Part shown: positions 9,219 to 17,134 of the stretch, in pieces | Position numbering within the stretch: position 1 is the first letter of the stretch | Layout: the number at the start of each line of letters is the position of its first letter | Source of the DNA: Patescibacteria group bacterium | GTDB lineage: Bacteria; Patescibacteriota; Microgenomatia; CAYGWK01 | Reading direction: 5' to 3' | Length of the DNA stretch: 64,000 nucleotides | Assembly (NCBI GenBank): GCA_049322615.1 | Contig: JBMORX010000010.1 | Coordinates: forward strand, 89,416 to 153,415 | Position numbers and translations under genes: made by a program | Notes under the pieces: generated by a model | Told to the model about the DNA's origin: nothing | Databases searched by the model: none | The model's input: the letters and a program-made list of their open reading frames with translations, nothing else

Positions 9219-9611
9219 ATGTCAAATCTCAAAACTCAAAACCAAAACTTAAATCTTAAATCTAATTTAAAATATAGAGCATACAAATTTTCTTTAATGG
9301 TCATAAAATTTGTTAGTGGTTTTCCCGAAAAGAAGATTTACTGGATAATAGGTGATCAGCTTCTAAGAGCAGCCACTAGCATCGGAGCGAACATAATTGA
9401 GGCTCAAGCCTCGAGCTCAAAAAGAGAATTTATAAAGTATTACGAAATTGCTCTTAAGTCTGCCAATGAAACAAAATACTGGCTTTGCCTGTTAAGAGAT
9501 GGCAATTTAGTTAACAAAGAGGAGGTAGGCAGGATTTTAAAGGAGGCAGAAGAGATAAGTAATATGCTCGGCTCTAGCCTTTTAACCCTTAAGGGAAAGA
9601 AAAAGTTTTGA
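9219..9611 (+). CDS. Four-helix-bundle protein (classic short form, 130 aa).
   Basis: Contains QLLRAATSIGANIIEAQASSSKREFIKYYEIALKSANETKYWLCLLRD, which matches the S23 IVS / four-helix-bundle family pattern from memory. Confidence 0.65.
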   Translation: MSNLKTQNQNLNLKSNLKYRAYKFSLMVIKFVSGFPEKKIYWIIGDQLLRAATSIGANIIEAQASSSKREFIKYYEIALKSANETKYWLCLLRDGNLVNKEEVGRILKEAEEISNMLGSSLLTLKGKKKF

Positions 9612-9621
9612 CATTTTACAT

Positions 9622-10569
9622 TTAGTTTTGCCATTTGCGATTTGCCTTTTGAGTTTCTCTTCTAAGCATCACATAAGCAATAATGGCGATTATCAAAATC
9701 TCGGTTATTATAATTCCCTCGGGCGTAGTTAAAAACCTGACAAGCCACCAAAACAAGTTTGTCAGAAAAGCGATTATTTTCTCAATGAGCATTCTCCACC
9801 AAGACAAAACATCAAAAACCAAAGTCGTGCTTTTGGGAGAAGGATTGTTTAAGAAAATTGAGCCGACAAAAACCCGATTTTTGCCTAATTCTTCTGTTGG
9901 GAGATTAAATTGATAAAAACCATTTTGGTCGCTTAAAACCTTTGGTTTGGGAACTTCGGCGGCCAGGGCAGGAGTAATTAGTAATTGGTAATTAGTAATT
10001 AGGGGAAGACGGAAGCGGGCTTGCCCGCCCAAAGTCGCTCCGTGAGTCGTGTTCGAATAGAACCCAAAGACGAACGGTAAGACTGGGCGGGGTTTTTCTT
10101 CGAAAAGATAGGGGACAACCTCGGAATTTGGGGTGGTGTAGCCTTGGGCGGGAACTGTTTCTCCTTTGGCGATTTTTCCCTTCGACAAGCTCAGGGTCGG
10201 CGGCATGACGACCTCTTTGATTAAGATATCAAATTCCGGCGGTGGAGGAGCAAGACAAAGAGGGTGGGAGGAAATGTTTGAGACATCGGTGGCGATTAGA
10301 CAAAACGGTGTCAGGGTTCGGGGGAGGGCGATTCTGAAGGTAAACTTGCCTTGGTCATCGGCAGTGGTAATTCTTTTTATTACTTGTTCCATCGTCAATT
10401 CAACTTGGGCAAAGGGAGAAGTCCAGCCAGTCAGCTCAAGCCACCACCAGTAAGGAACAGTGGCCGTCACCTGGACGGATTCAGTCGCCAACGCCGGTCT
10501 ATTAAAGAAAGAAGAAAGGAGAAAGAAGAGAAAAGAAAGAAGTAATAAACAAAGTTTGTTGCTTCGCAC
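9622..10569 (-). CDS. Hypothetical surface or membrane protein with an N-terminal signal/TM segment and a C-terminal TM anchor (315 aa).
   Basis: N-terminus is MRSNKLCLLLLSFLFFLLSSFF (the same MRSNKLCL start as the rplA ORF extension). C-terminus is ...IITEILIIAIIAYVMLRRETQKANRK. Confidence 0.5.
   Translation of the reverse strand: MRSNKLCLLLLSFLFFLLSSFFNRPALATESVQVTATVPYWWWLELTGWTSPFAQVELTMEQVIKRITTADDQGKFTFRIALPRTLTPFCLIATDVSNISSHPLCLAPPPPEFDILIKEVVMPPTLSLSKGKIAKGETVPAQGYTTPNSEVVPYLFEEKPRPVLPFVFGFYSNTTHGATLGGQARFRLPLITNYQLLITPALAAEVPKPKVLSDQNGFYQFNLPTEELGKNRVFVGSIFLNNPSPKSTTLVFDVLSWWRMLIEKIIAFLTNLFWWLVRFLTTPEGIIITEILIIAIIAYVMLRRETQKANRKWQN
10023..10097 (+). ncRNA. Conserved structured RNA motif, copy A. 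A GC clamp stem (GCCCGCCC/GGGCGGGG plus a U-tract) encloses the core CGCTCCGTGAGTCGTGTTCGAATAGAACCCAAAGACGAACGGTAAGAC. It lies antisense inside ORF 9622..10569.
   Basis: The core shares a 15-nt identical block (GTGTTCGAATAGAAC) and flanking similarity with the 5' leader motif at 57128-57199. The inner helix co-varies (CCGT/ACGG here versus CCTT/AAGG there). Confidence 0.4.
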
Positions 10570-10577
10570 TTTCTTTT

Positions 10578-10596
10578 GACAGGGTCCGTCCCTGTC
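10578..10596. repeat. REP-like palindromic hairpin GACAGGGTCCGTCCCTGTC, copy 1, flanking the IS200-like tnpA.
   Basis: Perfect 7-bp stem with a TCCG loop. Identical copies lie at 10790-10808 and 11301-11319. Confidence 0.8.
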
Positions 10597-11281
10597 ACCC
10601 TTCGATTATAAGATTTCCCAGCATCTCTCTGGGATCTTCTTGATAATCTTCAATAAAACTTTGATAGGAGAGAATGTCTTTTAGCGAGGTGCGGCGAGCA
10701 GTCTTAAAGAAAGAGAGAATTGGTTCTGGATTAATCCAGATGGCTTTTTTCTTTCCTAAATAGTAGGGGTAACTTGAGTATGGCCAATTGACAGGGTCCG
10801 TCCCTGTCAACTCGGCGGGGTTAAGGTGAAGATAGCGAGAAAGATGAAGAAGATACGGTTCTTCAAGGACGAGTACCGCTTTGTAATTTCCCTGAAAAAG
10901 ATAACCATTTCGTTTGTATTTGCGGTTAAAATACATAGCATAATTTGTTAGGAGTCGCCTTAAAAGTTTAGTCATGCCGTTGGAGGTCTTTTGCGTCAGA
11001 AGAAGATGGAAATGGTTTGGCATAAGACAATAGGCGAGAAGTTGTAACTCTTGGCTTAAAGAGGAGGAGAAATCCCTTATTCTTGTTGGTTTAAAACCAG
11101 TAATTTCTCCAAGGGGATGGGTAAAGTTTGTTTTTGGGGGCGAAAGATAGAATTTTAAGAAATGGAGGAAAACTCGGTAGTCTTGGTCGTCAAGAAAAAT
11201 ATCTCGTTTTTCAATTCCGCGATTATAAACATGATAGTGGCCGTTTTCAATGTAGACCTTAATGCGGTTTTTGGCAGGCAT
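10595..11281 (-). mobile_element. tnpA: IS200/IS605-family (Y1 HUH, RAYT-like) transposase gene bracketed by cognate hairpins.
   Basis: 228-aa ORF with HYHVYNRG, the HUH motif MPNHFHLL, and GYLFQGNYKAV (catalytic Tyr). GACAGGGTCCGTCCCTGTC hairpins lie just outside both ends (10578-10596, 11301-11319), and a third lies in frame inside the ORF (10790-10808, encoding TGTDPV). Confidence 0.8.
10790..10808. repeat. REP-like hairpin copy 2 (inside the tnpA coding sequence).
   Basis: GACAGGGTCCGTCCCTGTC. Confidence 0.8.
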
Positions 11282-11300
11282 TCTTTTCTTAAGAATATCT

Positions 11301-11319
11301 GACAGGGTCCGTCCCTGTC
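11301..11319. repeat. REP-like hairpin copy 3.
   Basis: GACAGGGTCCGTCCCTGTC. Confidence 0.8.
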
Positions 11320-11328
11320 AAGGGGGAT

Positions 11329-12321
11329 TTAGGTGGTTTTCTCTTTGGGGGTCTCTTCTTCAAGTTCTTCTTTTTCTTTTTGGCGCCGGCGGAGAAAAAG
11401 GACAATAAGAATAGCGATGACAATCGCCAAGACTATCGCCAGGGCGATCCTGACTGGAAAAACAACAAAGTAGAGGGTGGCAAGCAAAACCTGACCGGTC
11501 GTTCCATAAGAAGCCGATAAATCTGCCCGATAGCGACCCAAAAGATATTTAGCGTTCCAGGTATTTTGATAGATAAAAGAGGCACTGGGAAAAATATTTC
11601 TTTCCTCAAGGGGCATAACCGTGGTTACTTTACCCAACATATTTCTGACCGTAATCGTCCCCTTTGGGGCAAGATGCAAATCAGAGAGATTTAAAATCTC
11701 CGTGGTGAACTTAACCGGTCCAAATTCTAAAAACTTTGGGGCGTCGAATAATTTGACTAAAGCCCGTTCTGTTACCGGTCCTTCAACCGTAAAATAAACC
11801 AAAGTTCCAACCACTTGCTGAATAGCGGTACCGGCCCCCGTACCCGCCCCAATTCGGGGGGGAGTCCCTTTTGACTGATATAAAACTCCGGCATAATGTC
11901 CTCCAGGTAGGGCATCCAAAGGAACGTTAGCGGAGACAACGATATTAACTGTTTGTTTTGGAGCAACTGCCACTGAAGTTGGGGAAAGTCTAATCCAGGA
12001 AGAAGCCGCCCAGCGACCAGAAACTTGGGCGCCGACAAACTCCGGAGTTCCGGCGGTATCCTTGACAATAAAATCCTTGGCAACGACGGCTAGGTAGGCA
12101 GTCTCGTCTCCTTCATTTCGAAATTGAATAGTTTTTTGAACAAACTCTCCGGGCTTGACTTTGACTTCTAAACGAGGAGGAATGGCGGTAAAAATCTGGG
12201 TCTGCGCCCGCGCGAAGCGCGGAATAAGCAAATAAGCAAATAAGCAAATGACAAATAAGCCAATAATAAGAAATTTGAAATTTGAAATTTGAAATTTGAA
12301 ATTGATTTGTTTATTTGACAT
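11329..12321 (-). CDS. C-terminally membrane-anchored surface protein B1 (330 aa). It has a signal peptide, a beta-rich ectodomain, a C-terminal TM helix and a charged tail.
   Basis: MSNKQINFKFQISNFKFLIIGLFVICLFAYLLIPRFARAQ... then IPPRLEVKVKPGEFVQKTIQFRNEGDETAYL... and a C-terminal ALAIVLAIVIAILIVLFLRRRQKEKEE. It is a paralog of 14433..15452. The architecture is reminiscent of DUF916-type anchor proteins of WxL loci (from memory, unverified). Confidence 0.6.
   Translation of the reverse strand: MSNKQINFKFQISNFKFLIIGLFVICLFAYLLIPRFARAQTQIFTAIPPRLEVKVKPGEFVQKTIQFRNEGDETAYLAVVAKDFIVKDTAGTPEFVGAQVSGRWAASSWIRLSPTSVAVAPKQTVNIVVSANVPLDALPGGHYAGVLYQSKGTPPRIGAGTGAGTAIQQVVGTLVYFTVEGPVTERALVKLFDAPKFLEFGPVKFTTEILNLSDLHLAPKGTITVRNMLGKVTTVMPLEERNIFPSASFIYQNTWNAKYLLGRYRADLSASYGTTGQVLLATLYFVVFPVRIALAIVLAIVIAILIVLFLRRRQKEKEELEEETPKEKTT
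12271..12298. repeat. 4x AAATTTG heptanucleotide tandem repeat within codons 6-16 of B1, followed by three 8-nt TTGCTTAT units that form the signal-peptide core.
   Basis: aaatttg x4 at 12271-12298 encodes the NFKFQISNFKF segment on the minus strand. Confidence 0.85.
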
Positions 12322-12339
12322 TTGTATTATTTGTTTATT

Positions 12340-13785
12340 CTAAAAGGTGGCTGTGGCAATATAAATTACATAATTCTCATAATCTCCCGCCGCCTGGGTT
12401 CCCGAGACAATAGCGCGGTAACAAACATAAGCCTGATCTAAATCAACTGGGGCACTCGCCGTCATGATTTGTTGAGCCGTTACTCCAAAAGGTCGGGCCA
12501 TAAAAGTGCCGCCGGTGTTATACCTTATGGCGCTTGGCACTGGTGTTCCGGTTTTATTCGCCAGGGCATAGCCAAAACCTTTATTGGTGGTAGAGGTCCA
12601 GTCGCCGGTCGTCGTTACCGTGCAGGTTCCACCGCAGGTGGTGTCGGCAATTGTCGGTGAACCTGACAAGCTCCAGGCAGTTAGGGCGGCACTTTCGGAA
12701 GCAGTCACCGAATAGCCTCCAACCGCATTAGTGGAAACCGACAAGACTTGGGCGGCATCGCTAAAGTCGGTGCTGAGAACGGTTCCTAGGGGAACAGTAT
12801 TAGGAGTGGTGGCAACGTCCGTGGTTTGACCGCAGACACTTTGACTGGCGGTTACCCCTGTCAGCATAAAAACCAAAGTGGGAGCAACGGTGGCGGTCAC
12901 CCGGACTGCCTCAATAACACTGACTTTTCCGAGAGTTTCGTCAACAGTAGCATATGATTGGTCAACTCCGTAGAGATGTCTAGTCCTGAAGGTATAGGTG
13001 TCGCCTGCGCCGGGACCATGTGAGGCTGAATAGCCAGAAGGGGAGGGATTGATAATTTTGTTACCTGCAGCCGTACCAATGATCATGGTCACCTGGGTCG
13101 CGCTCTGTCCGCTACCGGTATAGCGGCACTCAAAGGAGTGATAGTTAGTGCCGCCGACAGTGACGCCTGAACGAGTGGCGGTACCAGTACCGCTGTCGGC
13201 GAAAGTAATGTTTGATCCACCACCTGAGCAGGCAACGGTTGGGAGAGAGCCGGTGACAACATCAAAACCATTTTTATCAGGCAGACCATCTCCAGTTTCA
13301 GAGTCGGAAGCGGCGGGAATTAAGACCCTGAAGGCGCCATTAGCGATTTGTGAGTAAGGAGTAAATCTGAAGGTGTGAATCGCGGAAACGGTAGAAATCA
13401 CCGGATCGCCGTCTGAAGCGGCATTTGATAAACCAGCAGCCAAAACGACCCTGGTGTCGCTTTCAAGGGTTTTAACGGTCGTAATCGTGGCACCAGTACC
13501 TGAGCCGACCCTGATGCCATCATTAGTCATTAAAGTTCCCGAGCCAGTCGAGGTGTTATTAGTACCAAGACCAGAGGTTTTTAAAGTGATAACCGCCGAA
13601 CCAGCCGCTACCGCCCCACTAAGCTCGCCCCTAAAGGAAAGCCGACTATTAGAGATGGTGTCGGAAACTGAAGTTAATTGAGCGGAGTCAAGTTTCTTGG
13701 GAAACAAAAAAGCCAACCCGTAAAATTGGGCAGCCAGAAAAATCGCTAGACTAATTTTCGCGGCTAGTTTTGGTTTTTTAAACAT
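12340..13785 (-). CDS. Secreted Thr/Gly/Ser-rich surface protein A1 (481 aa) with a conserved C-terminal motif SGTQAAGDYENYVIYIATATF.
   Basis: Signal peptide MFKKPKLAAKISLAIFLAAQFYGLAFLFP and a long G/T/S-rich beta-type sequence. The C-terminal ~25 aa are nearly identical to the C-terminus of 15474..16268. Confidence 0.6.
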   Translation of the reverse strand: MFKKPKLAAKISLAIFLAAQFYGLAFLFPKKLDSAQLTSVSDTISNSRLSFRGELSGAVAAGSAVITLKTSGLGTNNTSTGSGTLMTNDGIRVGSGTGATITTVKTLESDTRVVLAAGLSNAASDGDPVISTVSAIHTFRFTPYSQIANGAFRVLIPAASDSETGDGLPDKNGFDVVTGSLPTVACSGGGSNITFADSGTGTATRSGVTVGGTNYHSFECRYTGSGQSATQVTMIIGTAAGNKIINPSPSGYSASHGPGAGDTYTFRTRHLYGVDQSYATVDETLGKVSVIEAVRVTATVAPTLVFMLTGVTASQSVCGQTTDVATTPNTVPLGTVLSTDFSDAAQVLSVSTNAVGGYSVTASESAALTAWSLSGSPTIADTTCGGTCTVTTTGDWTSTTNKGFGYALANKTGTPVPSAIRYNTGGTFMARPFGVTAQQIMTASAPVDLDQAYVCYRAIVSGTQAAGDYENYVIYIATATF

Positions 13786-13849
13786 TTTGCTGCTGTCAAT
13801 ATATACTTTATGTTAAGTATCACTCTATGTCAATATCTACTTTATGTCA

Positions 13850-13930
13850 AGACAAGATAGGTTATCAGGTAATCAGGGTATCAGAGATAGGATATCAGGG
13901 CATCTGGGTATCAGGAAATTTTTCTCCTAA
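13850..13930. repeat. Array of about six direct TATCAGG-type units with ~10-nt period (iteron-like).
   Basis: ggttatcaggtaatcagggtatcagagataggatatcagggcatctgggtatcagg. The inverse units (cctgat) are arrayed on the other side of the gene, at 14335-14425. Confidence 0.6.
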
Positions 13931-13945
13931 TCTCTGGATATCCTT

Positions 13946-14326
13946 TTATTGTTTTTCATTCTGTTGTTTCTCCCTGATATACCTGATATAAGCATTGATT
14001 CCTTTAATTAGTCCTTCATAGCGGTCAACTAATTCCTGACTTTTGGTGGTGGCAAGATATCTTTTGCCCTCCATTTTTCTTAAATGATTCTGGGTTTCTC
14101 CTGCTTCGCGTCTGGCTAAATAGAAAGATTTAATTTTATCGTTGTAGTAATAAGTGGAATACCCTTCAGCAATCGCATCGGGCACTGAGCCAGAAGAACG
14201 CTCTGCCTGGTCTGCTAATTTAAACTTTTCCTCTCTGGGCAGAGTTTTTGTAATGGTATGGACCTCCAACATCAGCTGATAAGCTTCCTGCCAAATTCTT
14301 AATTTTTCGAAAGTCGGCTTATTCAT
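13946..14326 (-). CDS. Four-helix-bundle protein (126 aa) flanked by the TATCAGG arrays.
   Basis: Contains ADQAERSSGSVPDAIAEGYS...FYLARREAGETQNHL, which matches the four-helix-bundle pattern. Confidence 0.6.
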   Translation of the reverse strand: MNKPTFEKLRIWQEAYQLMLEVHTITKTLPREEKFKLADQAERSSGSVPDAIAEGYSTYYYNDKIKSFYLARREAGETQNHLRKMEGKRYLATTKSQELVDRYEGLIKGINAYIRYIREKQQNEKQ

Positions 14327-14334
14327 GACTTAGA

Positions 14335-14425
14335 TTATTGGGTAATCAGGTTATCGGGGCATTAGGGCTTTCTCCTGATATCCCGCTATCCTGATTTTCT
14401 ATCCCTGATCTTCAGATTCCCTAAT
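14335..14425. repeat. Array of TAATCAGG/TTATCGGG units followed by inverted CCTGAT units.
   Basis: gggtaatcaggttatcggggcatt...cctgatatcccgctatcctgattttctatccctgatcttcagattccc. Confidence 0.55.
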
Positions 14426-14432
14426 ATCCTTC

Positions 14433-15452
14433 TTAGTATCTCCACATTCTCTTTTTAATCAATAAAACTATCGAGACAGCAATAAGAATGGCTAAAGATA
14501 ACTTTCCTGGTAGCGCCAAAAAAGAAGTGACGGCTGAGAGAGTCTGACTCCCTCCATCTTCTTCTAAACTAAATTCGACCTTGGCGCGGTAAGGACCTAA
14601 TAAGAAAGAAGTGGGAAGGGCGAAGTGCCGTGCGTCGCCAGAGGCTATGCCGGCGGCGCGAGAAGTGGGAGAAGCACTAGGAGTGGCAACTTGGATTTGT
14701 CTAATTGAACCCACCAAAACATTATCAGGAATAAGTTCTTGTTCATATTTTTGACCTAAAAGCCCTTCGATTTTAATTTTTCCAAAGGGTTTCCAAAATG
14801 CTCTTCCCGTATTTTTAACTCTCAAGAGAAACTCCGGTTTATCAAAAGAATCGATGATGGGAAGTGCGAAGTGTGAAGTGCGAAGTGTGAATTCGACGAT
14901 TTCGCCCCTTTTAACTGGCTTGCCCGAGCGGGAAACGGTCAGTAAGATGTTTGAGCCAATGACGCCTGCTCCCGAAGTAGTTGTGCCACCACCTCTTTCT
15001 TTTGGCTTTGTGGAGAAAAGAAAAGTAAAATAATAATCATCCTCACGAGTATTCTCGGGAATTTTTATTCGCAGGATTATTTGTTTTGACTCGCCTGATC
15101 TTAAAACAAAAGGTTGACCTAAAGCCAGATCGGCATTCTCAAAAGAAAACCAGCCTTTCGGAGGTCCGACCTCCTCGGAGGTCGGACCTCTTAAGGAAAC
15201 GTTTCCCAGTTCATCTCCCGGCTCAAAAGGCAAAATTTGGGTGTTAATAATGGTCTCGTCCCCAGAATTCTCAAGTTGATAGGCTTGAATGATTGATTTT
15301 CCAGGCATCATCATGACCTCTAATAAAGGGGGGTAGATGGAAAGGGAAAAGGTTTGGGCCCGCGCCTCTGGCGAATGAAAAAATAAAAATGAAAATATAA
15401 AAATTACAACTAAAAATCTTAAAATTTTTAATTTTACATTGTAATTTTTCAT
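14433..15452 (-). CDS. C-terminally anchored surface protein B2 (339 aa), paralog of B1.
   Basis: Signal peptide MKNYNVKLKILRFLVVIFIFSFLFFHSPEARAQ, then LSIYPPLLEVMMMPGKSIIQAYQLENSGDETI (the same motif as B1), and a C-terminal TM LSLAILIAVSIVLLIKKRMWRY. Confidence 0.6.
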   Translation of the reverse strand: MKNYNVKLKILRFLVVIFIFSFLFFHSPEARAQTFSLSIYPPLLEVMMMPGKSIIQAYQLENSGDETIINTQILPFEPGDELGNVSLRGPTSEEVGPPKGWFSFENADLALGQPFVLRSGESKQIILRIKIPENTREDDYYFTFLFSTKPKERGGGTTTSGAGVIGSNILLTVSRSGKPVKRGEIVEFTLRTSHFALPIIDSFDKPEFLLRVKNTGRAFWKPFGKIKIEGLLGQKYEQELIPDNVLVGSIRQIQVATPSASPTSRAAGIASGDARHFALPTSFLLGPYRAKVEFSLEEDGGSQTLSAVTSFLALPGKLSLAILIAVSIVLLIKKRMWRY

Positions 15453-15473
15453 TTTTAACTTTTAACTTTTAAT

Positions 15474-16268
15474 TTAGTAGGTTGGTGTTGCCACAAAAAT
15501 AATATAGTTCTCATAATCTCCCGCCGCCTGGCTTCCCGAGATATTGACTTTATAAGTAACCGTTCCCACCCTATTTTTGCCCACCTGGGAACTTGACATG
15601 ACTATGCTTGGGTCCTCTGAGGCTGCCAAAGAGGGAAAAGGACGAAAATAAGTAGAGTTGACAAAAGTCGCCGGAATATCTTGTCCTTGCATATTATAGC
15701 CAAAACCATACTTAGTATTATCTGTCCAAGGCTGGGCCGTGGTTTCATCGCAGGTTTGGGCTCCACCATTACAGGTAGTATCGGAAATAGTGGCTGTTCC
15801 TGCCAGGGTTTTTAAGGTATCACTTTCTCGGGCGGTCACCTGATAGCCGCCGGCGCCACCGGCGGAAACAGTTAAAGTATTGGTTTGGGTTGAGGGTGTC
15901 CCTGGAGTTAAAGTGCCAAAATCAATAGATAAATCAGAGATTGTAAACCGGAAAGGGATGATGGACTTAAGATACCAAAAACCGCTTCTTACCTTGTATC
16001 CAGTTGAAGTGTAGAGTCCGGGAGCAGTCTGCCCGCCGGTGACCCCAAGTTTATAACTTGAGGAAGTGGGTAGCCCGGCGCCCATATTGACATTGCCCAT
16101 CTGGATTTTATAAGAATCGGAAGATAAGTTCTCGGCGCGAGCGCCTCGAGTAATAAGCAAATAAGCAGAGCTTGTTGCTACGCAATAAGCAAATAAGCAA
16201 ATAAGCAAATAAGCAAATAATTTGAAATTTGAAATTTGAAATTGATTTGACATTTGCTTATTTGACAT
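15474..16268 (-). CDS. Secreted surface protein A2 (264 aa), paralog of A1, with the C-terminus SGSQAAGDYENYIIFVATPTY.
   Basis: The N-terminus MSNKQMSNQFQISNFKLFAYLLICLFAYCVATSSAYLLITRGARA is encoded largely by tandem 7/8-nt repeats. The body is Thr/Gly-rich. Confidence 0.6.
   Translation of the reverse strand: MSNKQMSNQFQISNFKLFAYLLICLFAYCVATSSAYLLITRGARAENLSSDSYKIQMGNVNMGAGLPTSSSYKLGVTGGQTAPGLYTSTGYKVRSGFWYLKSIIPFRFTISDLSIDFGTLTPGTPSTQTNTLTVSAGGAGGYQVTARESDTLKTLAGTATISDTTCNGGAQTCDETTAQPWTDNTKYGFGYNMQGQDIPATFVNSTYFRPFPSLAASEDPSIVMSSSQVGKNRVGTVTYKVNISGSQAAGDYENYIIFVATPTY
16221..16241. repeat. 3x TTTGAAA heptamer tract in the A2 5' coding region. It is flanked by 4x AATAAGCA octamers (16170-16210) and GACATTT heptamers (16244-16280) around the start codon.
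   Basis: Read directly at 16170-16280. Confidence 0.85.
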
Positions 16269-16291
16269 TTGACATTTGTAATATTTGTATA

Positions 16292-17008
16292 TTATCCTTC
16301 TATCTTTTCCTTCAGCCTCTCTCCTAGTTTCAAAAGTCTTTTAGCGCTCTCATGGATTTTCTGCAAATTTTCTTTTTGAAACTGGGAAAGCCGACCAACA
16401 TCAGCCAGTAAATTTGAAGAGGTATCTAAAATTTTTAAGACATGCTCTTTAAAAGTAAGACTAATCCATAAAAGAGTATCTTCTTCTTGCTGACCGACTT
16501 CCTTCTCAAGAGACTGTTTTTTAAGACTTAAAATTTTAATTAATTCCTTTTCCTCTAGCACTTTCAAATACTGTCTGCCAAAAAATAAAGCCAAAGGAGT
16601 AATCAGTAAAAGTCCAATAACCTGGAGGAAGGCGTTTAAATTTACAACTTGTTGATAAAAGAAAAAACATAAAGCCAGGGCAAAAATTAAAGTGACCAAG
16701 GGATCAAAAAGTAAAGAAAGACCAAAAAGCAAAATATAAATTAAGAAAAAGAGGGGAGAGGAAAGCCCGCCGGTCTGGCTGACCAAAAGTAAAGTGACCA
16801 AAGAAAGAATTAGTCCGTCTATTGCCATGGTTAAGCGTAATTTTTTCGCGGCAAAGAGATGATTTAAGAAATAGAAAATAACCAAGATGGCAATCAACTG
16901 AAGAGTGAAGGCTTGAAGGATTGGGCTTTGGGTCCAGGCAAAAGTTAAAAAAACTGCCGAGAGCAAAAAGAGAAGATGAGTCAAAAATTGGGCAGACATT
17001 AATACCAT
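16292..17008 (-). CDS. Polytopic membrane protein with a C-terminal coiled-coil-like tail, hypothetical.
   Basis: 238-aa ORF with about five hydrophobic helices and then a K/E-rich heptad-like tail. The overlapping ORF at 16704..17120 is in another frame. Confidence 0.45.
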   Translation of the reverse strand: MVLMSAQFLTHLLFLLSAVFLTFAWTQSPILQAFTLQLIAILVIFYFLNHLFAAKKLRLTMAIDGLILSLVTLLLVSQTGGLSSPLFFLIYILLFGLSLLFDPLVTLIFALALCFFFYQQVVNLNAFLQVIGLLLITPLALFFGRQYLKVLEEKELIKILSLKKQSLEKEVGQQEEDTLLWISLTFKEHVLKILDTSSNLLADVGRLSQFQKENLQKIHESAKRLLKLGERLKEKIEG

Positions 17009-17134
17009 TGTAAATAGAAAATAGTAAATTGTAAATAGTAACGTAGTAACGAGGTTGAACCTTGAATAGATGGAAATATCTATACAAATGGCATGAAATT
17101 TGTCGCTTGAATAATTGCAAGAACTTAGATAAAA

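Noticed and set aside
4380-16290. A CRISPR array, suggested by the abundance of short tandem repeats.
   Set aside because: The repeats are 7-12-nt perfect tandem units or palindromes with no 25-40-nt spacers, and there are no cas genes.
16704-17120. ORF 16704..17120 (-, 138 aa). The same reasoning applies to 8745..9080, 11772..12083, 10166..10453, 34523..34927, 36244..36552 and 51142..51588.
   Set aside because: They overlap better-supported genes in another frame or strand, lack RBSs, and give low-complexity translations.
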